A DNA stretch of 64,000 nt from assembly GCA_022605425.2 (NCBI GenBank), contig CM061256.1, positions 1 to 64,000 of the forward strand, in the 5' to 3' direction. The notes beneath the pieces were generated by a model. The model searched no databases. It was not told the DNA's origin and was given only the letters and a program-made list of their open reading frames with translations. How positions within the stretch are numbered: the stretch's first letter is position 1; each line of letters begins with the position of its first letter. A program made the translations under genes and the position numbers. Shown here piece after piece: positions 55,250 to 64,000 of the stretch. The DNA comes from Hamiltosporidium tvaerminnensis FI-OER-3-3 (taxonomy: Eukaryota > Fungi > Microsporidia).

Positions 55250-56536
55250 ATGAGATTTTTTTATACTTGGATCAAAGAAAGGTATAACCAACGCGCATAG
55301 ATATCAAAAATCTTCCGATTGTATGTTCATAAGCAGTAAGTGCGATAACTCTTTCGGTATTGGATGCTTTTCAGTCATTTCCACTATCTTGGTTATGCTC
55401 AAATTCTTATCAGATATTATTTCAAACTCAACTAGATCATTATCAGAAAGAGAAAAGATCAAACTATAGTTTCTTGTTTCGTTATCACACTTTCTTAAGA
55501 ATAATTTACATGAATATGGCAATGTTCTCCCTAATTGAATTTTAATTTCTCTCTTGAAACCCGGCAATCTAATTGAACCTTTCGAAGAAAATTTACAAGT
55601 ACTTGAATATTCTTGGATATATAATACTTCAGTATTCAAAGTGCCTTTTTCATTAAATAATTCGTGAATTTTATCAATGACGAGTACTTTTAAATTGCAT
55701 TTTTTTTCATCTTTATTCAAAACAGCCACTCGAAAATTTCCAGGCAGCTTTTATTTTACATTTTTCTTTCAATGTCGAAAAAAAATTAAAACTTTGCTTT
55801 AATATCGGAATAAAATCTTTGATAGGGTGAATACCAGGGTATTAACTGAATAATTTAAGTTTTGTTGATAACACCGGTTTACCATAACCAATTAAAGGGT
55901 TATAATAACCCATTAGCCTTTTTTGGGTAAATCAATAATATTTCTAAAGCAAAACTCAGAGTCAAATATCATAAATATATCATTAGCAAACCTGTAATTA
56001 TATGAATACTTAACTCTTCTTTCGAATCGAGATATAATTTTCTAAATAAAAACTTAAATTAAATAGGTAGTTCAAAAGATGTTTTAAAGTTGGGTTTCTC
56101 CAAAATATAAGTATTTTTTGCCAGGAAAGTGAAATAGTCTTTATTTTTGTATTTTATTCTGAACAAAAAAATCGTTATTTTCTAGCTTTTTAAGTGAAAA
56201 GAAATTCATTTTATTTGGAACGGATCTTGATCGGTGCCGCTTACAAACATGTTCTATGAATATATTAAAATTTTTCGATGCGAATGCAGTTATATACTCG
56301 TAAATAAGCTGATTCATTTCGGAAGATAATGTGGGATTTTCTAGCTTTATATCATAAAGTCGGAATCAGAAAATCTTTTCAAAGTTTTTTCTTTCTGTCG
56401 ATAGATATCTTCGAATTTTTCTGACAATTTTTCATTCAAATCATTAACAGTTAAAAATTTTTGTTTCAACACAAATATACCTAGAAAATTAAAAAAAAGA
56501 AAACTTAGTTCACATTTTCATAATATATAGTAACAT
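55250..56536 (-). pseudogene. Family member 6 (pseudogene; closest to members 1 and 4)
   Basis: ATG 56536 with an early TGA; FMIFDSEFCF and IKAAW remnants. ORF 55304-55729 aligns to the member 1 C-terminus (IQEYSSTCKFS, VEFEIISDKNL). Confidence 0.9.
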
Positions 56537-56699
56537 AAAGGCTTAAACCAGATTTATTAAATACTTTTAAATCAAATTCAGATAAAATCATAAAATTAAA
56601 TAAATTAATTAATTAAAAATGTCAGTAAATTTACTTTTTATGGTTCTGGTGCGTTCGACCGTTCCAACTTATTTTTAATTTTAATATTTTGATCCAAAA

Positions 56700-57400
56700 A
56701 ATGTATGGACAGTGAATTTTTGCAAGTAAATCTATTTACATGGCAAAAGCTTGCTCAAATTGGTATTCAAATCACGGTTTGGATATTTTATGAAACGAAA
56801 ACCACATTAAATTCTCAAGTTTTGTGGAACATCATATAACAATAAGATAGTCATAAAAATCTTGAATACTTTCTCATAAGTAGTTTAACTCAACGTAATG
56901 ATATTATTCTACATCTTAGCATTAACTACTAGCAATCTAAAATCATGGAGACATACCTTTACTTGCCTGGGTTTGACCTCTTGATGTGTGAAAGATATAA
57001 AAGAAACATAAATTATATAAGAGCAGTGATGATAAGCAACCGGTTATATTTTTTGCCATCGTATTTTAGGATCTAGATGATTTCAATCTAGATCACCGAG
57101 ATATATCTTTATCGGAAGTCTATTGGGTTTAGTAAGTATTAAATAATTAAGGTTCATGTAGATATTAGAGTGTAAAAAGCGGTTACTATTTGTGATCACA
57201 TCGTTACAAACTGACATAAACAAACTTAAAAACGTACCTCGCCTATTAAATGGGTCTGTACATCTATAGATGAAAAATACCGAGATATATATGGCATAAA
57301 AGAGGTACTGATTGCAATAGTGCATCCAATAAGAACTTAAACTGAAATAAAACTGAATTAATATCATAAAACAACATTTTCTTTGGTCACTTTGGCAAAA
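56700..57400 (+). repeat. Diverged near full-length copy of the 720-bp element
   Basis: GAGATATATCTTTATCGGAAGTCTATTGGGTT vs GAAATATATCTTAGCTAGAAGTTTATTGGGTT; CCTCGCCTATTAAATGGGTCTGTACATCTATAGATGAAA vs CCTCGCCTAGTAATTAGGTTCTACACACCTGGTAGATGAAA. Confidence 0.82.
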
Positions 57401-57607
57401 AAGCATCTTTTTCAAATTAATAATAATCAACTTAAAAATAGAATATTTGTAAAAAAAGTAGTTTCTTTCTTATTTACTAATCATCAAATTTCTTTAATTT
57501 TTCTATTTTTACTTATATTTCTCACATTTAATATTTCTGGAAAAATATTTTATTTATTTAAATTTTGGCGTAAGACCTCTTATTTAGTAATATTAACTAT
57601 CTCATAA

Positions 57608-57972
57608 ATAACACCCTTATAATTACAATCACTGTTACTAAGCTCGCTTTAACCCAACACCTCTTTTAACTAACACCCCTTTAATATACTTTGACTACCC
57701 TATATATTAACACCCCCTCCCACCCCTCTACCACTCTAACCAACACCCCTTTAATATACTTTAATTACCTTTATTATTAACAACCCCTCTTTACGCCAAC
57801 ACCCCTTTAATTACTACCCTTATTATCACTACCCCTTTAATATACTTTAATTACCCCTTATATTAACACCCCTCTTTACGCCAACACCCCCTTAATTACT
57901 ACCCTTATTATCACTACCTTTATTATTAACACCCCCTCCCACCCCTCTACCACTCTAACCCAACACCCCTCA
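57608..57972. repeat. C-rich (T/C)AACACCC array upstream of PHO88
   Basis: About 11 AACACCC cores with internal duplications. Confidence 0.88.
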
Positions 57973-58014
57973 ATATTTTTAAATTATAAAATTTTAAAAA
58001 TTTTAACCCTCGAA

Positions 58015-58572
58015 ATGCCAGTTTCTCTTACGACTGTTGACCAACTCAGCAACATTTTCCTCTCTATTGTAACAATGCAAGGACTAAAAAGAATGGACAT
58101 GTCAAACACAAACATCCTATGGTCTCTCCGTATAATCTACGTATCGTCACAACTCTTATATTTATTACTTCTTTACATAATAAAAAACAGAATAATTTCT
58201 ACCAACGACACACGTAAATTAAAAGTAAAACCAGAAATTTCTTTTTTTCAACGTAACGATACTCTAGAAGAAGATGAAATGGTAGAAATTTCTTTTAAAG
58301 ATTATGATTATAAAGAATATAGCAAAATACTCAAAGGTATGCTTATACAGTTTCTTATTGTTATTTTTATACATTTTAAACTTTCTATTTCTCAACCCTT
58401 AGTTATTCAGTCACTTGTACCCTTCAAAAGTCTTTTTTTAAATCCACTTTTTATTTTTTATATTCGTAATAACCCAATATTAAGACCATTTGAAGATAAT
58501 ATGTTATTTCAAAAGACAAGTAAAAATGAAGAAAAGGAAAATGTTGAAAAGAAAAGAAAGAAAGAAGAATAA
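58015..58572 (+). CDS. PHO88: Pho88/Snd3 ER membrane protein
   Basis: LRIIYVSSQL, RII.TND..KLK, SFKDYD..E, FIHFK....QPLVIQS...KSLFLNPL, LRPF. Confidence 0.92.
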   Translation: MPVSLTTVDQLSNIFLSIVTMQGLKRMDMSNTNILWSLRIIYVSSQLLYLLLLYIIKNRIISTNDTRKLKVKPEISFFQRNDTLEEDEMVEISFKDYDYKEYSKILKGMLIQFLIVIFIHFKLSISQPLVIQSLVPFKSLFLNPLFIFYIRNNPILRPFEDNMLFQKTSKNEEKENVEKKRKKEE

Positions 58573-58759
58573 AATTATTATTTTTCATTTTATTATTTTA
58601 TTGTTTGTTTTTTTATTTGTTCTTTTGGTTCTTATTATTTGTTCTTTGGTTTTCTTGTTCTCTTGTTTGTATTATTTTTCTCTTTATTTTTTTCTTTATT
58701 TTTTTAATTATTTATTTTATTTTTTATTTTATTTACTTTTATTTACTATTTCTAATCTT

Positions 58760-60374
58760 ACTGCTACTCTTCTTGAAGGAATAGGTGTTTATAAATACCT
58801 TGGAATTATAGAAGATAGCAGAGGAATTCCAACAAGTAAGTCGTTTGAGGAAGTACAGACCAAACTTATAGCACGAGTAGAAAGACTTTGTCGCACGAGA
58901 TTAAATGCAAGAAATTTATTTCAAGCCATTAATCAACATGCAATTTCTTTACTAAACTATCATATAGGTGTACTCCAACTTGAACCGGCTGACTTCTCTA
59001 AGTTAGATGATGCGGTGCGTGCAGTGTTAGTAAAGAACAAAATACATCTACGCCCAGGATGCAAAGAACGTCTATACCTTCCACGTAAAGAACTTGGAAG
59101 AGGTTTACATAGTGTCGAGTTCAAAAGCGAACATATGCTTTTGCAACTCTTGGATTGTCTGGAAAAACATAAAGATACATCGACCAGAAGAGCAGCAATC
59201 CTAAAGGTTGAGAATAATAATAAAACCCACCTTTCACTAATTAAAAACTTTTTAAAAATAAAATACGGGTTGGAAGAGGAAGTCACAAAAAAGAAATTGG
59301 AAGAAGCTCAACTAGCTAACCTATATAACGAAATCAAAAACCGAAAACTACATTCAAAGTTATATAGCGCTAGAAATAACGAGCTGGTAAGTGTAAATGA
59401 CTCCTCAAGATGGTTAAAGAAAGGAAGTGTAAGACCACGTGATGAAGCAGTGTTCTGTTATATCCAGGATAGAAATGTTTTCTGGGGTGCAGAAGGTATG
59501 TGTCAACACTGTAACCAGTCTAGGAAAACTGTTGATCACTTAGCAACGAGATGTGAAAAAATGCTTGGTCATGACTATACTAGACGACATAATGAAGTGG
59601 TACGATGTATACATTTACTCTTGCTGAATAAATATAAGTTTAAGTCTTCGAAACGAATTAGAAGCCACTCAGTTCAAGAAATTCTTGATAACGAATATGC
59701 AGAGATAAGAGTGGACACCAGAATAAAAACTGATGTCAAGATCCGGTGTAACAGACCAGATATATTTATTTTAGACAAGAGACAGAATAGGATAACCCTC
59801 ATTGAAGTAGGAATCACATCCCAAGACTCTCTTCAAATAGTTGAAACAGAGAAGCTTAGGAAGTATGACCTATTAGCAAATGAGTTAGGTCTTATTTATA
59901 AATGCAATGTAGAGATAATTCCTTATGTGATGACCTGGGATGGTATTGTGACAAAATACCATAAGACGTATGTTAAGAGACTGCAAATACCCATGAATGT
60001 AGAGGCATATATACAATCCATAGTACTCAAGAAGACAGTCGAAACAATTTCTTTTGATCGACGAAGAGGACTTGAGTCTGGTCCAAATGCCGAGGAGAGC
60101 TGGGAGAGAGCATCATTAAGTGTTATCTTAGGAGCTGAGATGCATAAACAACCAATACCCCCTTTAAAGCAAGTAGACAACGAGGAAGATGATGTTAAAA
60201 CGGAAAATACAAAAAATATTTTACCCCTTATTTTGGATGGCATAACCACAGCAAAGGAACCAACAACTAATACAAATGAAGAGTTGGAGTTGGAGGAAGA
60301 GATAGAAGTGGTTGAAATGGTGGAAAGAATTATTTAAAAAGAAAAATTTGTTAACCCAGAATTTTATTAAATAA
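58760..60374 (+). mobile_element. Recent 5'-truncated RLE-type (R4/Dong-like) non-LTR retrotransposon with 12-bp TSD
   Basis: Stop-free frame to 60337 containing the RT C-terminal part (YKYLGI; ERLYLPRKELGRGL), a CCHC knuckle (CQHC..VDHLATRC), YTRRHN and the RLE motif RPDIFILD..LIEV..EKLRKY. TSD ATTTCTAATCTT at 58748-58759 and 60375-60386. Confidence 0.95.
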
Positions 60375-60607
60375 ATTTCTAATCTTTAAGTTTTTTAAAT
60401 ATTTTTCTGGTTTTTTTATTTACTTTTTGTTTATTAATTCTTCTTTCTTATTCTCTCTTATTTTAATTTGCTCTTTTTAGTATTTTATTTTTATTTATTT
60501 TTTTTAATTTCTTTTTTTTTGTTTAATAACTCTACTCCTCTAATATTTCTTAATTTTAATTTACACATGTTTTAAATACATCTCTAAAATTTCATTAATT
60601 TTTTAAA

Positions 60608-61225
60608 TATTTACTCATCTTTAAACTCCCTCTCTCTTTTTTTTACTATTTCTTAATTTCAATATTTTATTTTAGTTTTTACTATTTACTCATCTTTAAA
60701 CTCCCTCTCTCTTTTTTTTACTATTTCTTAATTTCAATATTTTATTTTAGTTTTTACTATTTACTCATCTTTAAACTCCCTCTCTCTTTTTTTTACTATT
60801 TTTTAATTTCAATATTTTATTTTATTTTTTAATGTTTTTTACTATTTACTCATCTTTAAACTCCCTCTCTCTTTTTTTTACTATTTCTTAATTTCAATAT
60901 TTTATTTTAGTTTTTACTATTTACTCATCTTTAAACTCCCTCTCTCTTTTTTTTACTATTTTTTAATTTCAATATTTTATTTTATTTTTTAATGTTTTTT
61001 ACTATTTACTCATCTTTAAACTCCCTCTCTCTTTTTTTTACTATTTCTTAATTTCAATATTTTATTTTATTTTTTAATGTTTTTTACTATTTACTCATCT
61101 TTAAACTCCCTCTCTCTTTTTTTTACTATTTCTTAATTTCAATATTTTATTTTATTTTTTAATGTTTTTTACTATTTACTCAGCTTTTACATATTTTTTA
61201 CTATTTACTCCCTCCCTCTCTCTTT
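60608..61225. repeat. ~75/85-bp pyrimidine-rich tandem repeat x ~7-8
   Basis: TATTTACTCATCTTTAAACTCCCTCTCTC recurs with two unit lengths. Confidence 0.92.
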
Positions 61226-61235
61226 ATAGTCTTAT

Positions 61236-61673
61236 TTATTCACTTATTATTCCTTTTTCTATTGCTTTTCTTATAACTTTTATAGTTTTTGTATAAATTA
61301 ATTTATCTTTATTTTCTAAGATTTCTTTTATACTTAAAAAAATTCTTTTTCTTTTATTTTTTTCTTCCCAATTGGTTTGTATATGGTTCACATTTAAAAG
61401 GTACCACTGACATGTACTGTCCTTATAAAATGGTTCTATATTACTTATAACACCTGTTATACCTGCTTCTTCAAGAGTCTCTCTTAAGGCTGTTTGTATA
61501 GGTGTTTCGATACCTTCTATTCCACCTTTGGGTAATACAAATTCTTTTCGTTTTGTACTAGAAATTAGTATTATTTTATTGTCAGGTAGAAGTGGTAATG
61601 TACCGGAACGAAGACGTATTTTTTTCATTTTTTTTGTGGTAAGAAACAGTAAGATGTAGATAAGGAGTGGCAT
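61236..61673 (-). CDS. Nudix hydrolase, Ddp1/Aps1/DIPP-like
   Basis: RLRSGTLPL..IILISS.KR..FVLPKGG, Nudix box TALRETLEEAGITG, and WEE...RKR. The true start may be ATG 61628 (MKKIR). Confidence 0.88.
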   Translation of the reverse strand: MPLLIYILLFLTTKKMKKIRLRSGTLPLLPDNKIILISSTKRKEFVLPKGGIEGIETPIQTALRETLEEAGITGVISNIEPFYKDSTCQWYLLNVNHIQTNWEEKNKRKRIFLSIKEILENKDKLIYTKTIKVIRKAIEKGIISE

Positions 61674-61887
61674 TGTGGTGTTTTTTGTTTTTTTTTATTG
61701 GTTTTTTATATTATGATTGGTCTTGTTTTGATTTTATTGGTTTTGATTTTCTTTTTTAGTTATTAATTGGTTAATCGGTTTCTTGATTTAATAAATGTTT
61801 TGATTTACATTTAATTTGTGTTTACATTTAATTTATGTTTTAAATTTAAAAATTAAATTATTAATTAATCTTTTCTTTTCTTTTATA

Positions 61888-62918
61888 TTTATTTAATAAA
61901 ATTCTGGGTTAAAATATTTTTACCTTTTTTTTTATGTTTTCTTCTACCTCTTTAACCACTTTTGTCTCTTCTTCCAAATCCGACTTTTTATTTATGTTAT
62001 TGGTTGGTTCCTCCTTGTGAAATAAGGGGTGCTTTATTTTTTGGTTTAAAATTTTTTGCATCATCTTCCGCTCTCTTCTCTTCTTTTAAAGGGGGTGTTG
62101 GTTCCTGATGCATCTCAGCTCCTAAAATAAAACCCAATGATGCACTCTCCTAGGTCTCTTCGGCATTTAGTCCTGACTCAAGTCCTCTTCGTCGATCAAA
62201 GGAAATTGTTTCGACTGTCTTCTTTAGTACTATAGACTGAATGTATGCCTCTACATTCATGGTAATTTCTAGTCTTTTAAGGTGTGATTTATGTTATTTA
62301 GTCACAATATCGTCCCAAGTCATCACATTAGGAATTATCTCAACACTACACTTATAAATAAGACCCAACTCATTGGCTAGCAGGTCATACTTCCTAAGTT
62401 TTTCAGTTTCAACTATTTGAAGTGAATCTTGCAAAGTGATTCTTGCTTCAATGAGTGTTATCTTATTCTTCTTCTTATCTAAAATAAATATGTCGGGTAT
62501 GTTATTCCGAATTTTAACATCAGTTTTAATTCTGGTGTCCACTCTTATCTCTGCATACTCATTATCAAGAATTTCTTGAACTGAGTGACTCCTAATTCGT
62601 TTTGAAGACTTAAACTTATATCTATTTAAGAGAAGTAAGTGTAGGCATCTAGCCACTTCATTATGCCGTCTGGTGTAGTCATGGCCTAGCATTTTTTCAC
62701 ATCGAGTTGCTAGATGATCTATAGTCTTACAAGATTTATTGCAATGTTAGTACATACCATCTGCACCCCAGAATACATTTCTATCCTGGATATAGCAGAA
62801 CACAGCTTCATTTCATAGCCTAATATTTCCTCCCTTTAGCCATCTTGAAGAGTCACTAACACTCAAAAGCTCATTTTTTCTTGCATTATATAACTTTGAA
62901 TGGAGTTTTCGTTTTAGC
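61888..62918 (-). mobile_element. 5'-truncated R4/Dong-like LINE, lightly decayed
   Basis: ORF 62294-62692 is near-identical to the 58760 copy and has the same 3' end AACCCAGAATTTTATTAAATAAA. Candidate TSD CTTTTATA at 61880-61887 and 62919-62926. Confidence 0.93.
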
Positions 62919-63128
62919 CTTTTATAAATACAATGATTTATTTTTAAAATATAAGATTGGTAAAGTAATTATACGAGTGAAATATACCAATATAAAGCAA
63001 AATTCTATTTTCTATTCTTAGTTTTATTAATATTACTTACGAATTTTAAGAAAAATATTTTTATGAATTGTAAAGAAATAATTATTTTTGATTCCTAAAA
63101 AAAAGTAAAAGATTTAAATCCCATTTTT

Positions 63129-63818
63129 TTATTCCAAATATTTTTCAGCCTCAACAGAGAAAGTTTTTCCATCTTTAAGACAAAAAATATCTACGTTTTC
63201 TTGATTCAATGCCCCACTTTCAGGATGTGCATTTTTAAGAGCTGCTATCCCGACACGTATAAGTCCTTCCAAATCAAGTTCATTGAGACTATTCACCTCA
63301 CTTTCTAGGATGGTACGCGCAGATTGTGACCTATTTCCTATGCTCATAGCATGTGCTTCTCTTATACGTCCAGTTGGTTCAAACTCAATAAGTCTAATAC
63401 CTTCTGATTGTGTCATAAGTAAACCACTCACCCCATACAATCTTGTACCAGAATACATCGTTCTAAATGAAGCTTCTACACACAAATCATCAAAAACAGA
63501 CAAATGACTTATATTTCTATCTCTTATAACTTCTTCAGAAACACTTTTTTTGATTAAATAATCTACAATTTCTAATCCATCATTTGTAATTCCAGAAAAG
63601 GTAAAAAGTGAAGAATCATTTATTTTATAAACTTTTTTGTTGTAATATGAAATATCATTTAACTGTCCTTTATAACCTATCATTACACCACATTCATTGT
63701 TTTTTAGTGCGATTGAAACATTACCGAGCTCAACTGTCTTTTTTATGTAATCGAGCGGCTTTACTTTTCCTTCTGGTGTAAATACAGAAACATAGTTATA
63801 ATCTGTTATTGAAGACAT
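63129..63818 (-). CDS. PRE5: 20S proteasome subunit alpha6 (PSMA1 type)
   Basis: SVFTPEGK...DY, SYYNKKVYKI, FSGITNDG, RLYGV, AMSIGNRSQSARTILE. Confidence 0.9.
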   Translation of the reverse strand: MSSITDYNYVSVFTPEGKVKPLDYIKKTVELGNVSIALKNNECGVMIGYKGQLNDISYYNKKVYKINDSSLFTFSGITNDGLEIVDYLIKKSVSEEVIRDRNISHLSVFDDLCVEASFRTMYSGTRLYGVSGLLMTQSEGIRLIEFEPTGRIREAHAMSIGNRSQSARTILESEVNSLNELDLEGLIRVGIAALKNAHPESGALNQENVDIFCLKDGKTFSVEAEKYLE

Positions 63819-64000
63819 TTAAGGGTCACTTAATTTGTTTTATCACAAAAAGAATTTTTAATGTTTTGATTTGAAAAAAAATGTAACTTTTTTAGGAAAA
63901 AGAAGTAGAAATTATTTTATAGAAAAAAATAATTTTAAATAAAAGGGTCTGCAACAATCCAAAGGAATGAATGTTACAAATATCAAAAGAAAAATACCAA

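Noticed and set aside
58490-58759. Transmembrane N-terminus fused to the retrotransposon ORF (615 aa)
   Set aside because: It starts at a TTG inside PHO88 and reads through T-rich intergenic DNA that lacks stops by composition. The TSD places the element start at 58760.
17593-63507. Short antisense or AT-rich ORFs in the track (e.g. 17593, 22936, 33490, 35648, 39315, 39633, 43962, 49343, 52671, 58960, 59923, 63283)
   Set aside because: They are antisense shadows of real genes or elements, or chance ORFs in decayed DNA, with no motif support.

Overview
This is the left end of a chromosome from a very AT-rich, repeat-rich eukaryote. It is almost certainly a microsporidian (short divergent housekeeping genes, CCC motif just before ATG, TTAGGG telomere). 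A large-genome lineage such as Hamiltosporidium is likely, but that is inference. Layout: (1) 1037 bp of perfect (CCCTAA)n telomere joined directly to a decayed gene and two decayed RLE-type non-LTR retrotransposons. (2) A housekeeping island at 8.4-13.4 kb: a small membrane protein, RPS19, eIF1/SUI1 and a WOPR (Gti1/Pac2) transcription factor. Its intergenic DNA is a phased ~30-bp lattice of a 13-bp pseudo-palindromic, telomere-like core (TAACACCCnnTTA) that inverts in the middle of each intergenic region. (3) An accessory block at ~15-57.5 kb with six co-oriented members (3 intact, 3 pseudogenes) of an unrecognised ~430-aa putatively secreted family sharing a conserved promoter. The block also holds many copies of a ~720-bp hairpin-rich non-coding element and fossil retroelements. 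(4) A second housekeeping island at 58-64 kb: PHO88/SND3, a Ddp1-like Nudix hydrolase and proteasome alpha6/PRE5. It carries two 5'-truncated R4/Dong-like LINE insertions, each ~200 bp downstream of and co-oriented with a gene. All alignments were made by eye; boundaries of decayed elements are approximate.
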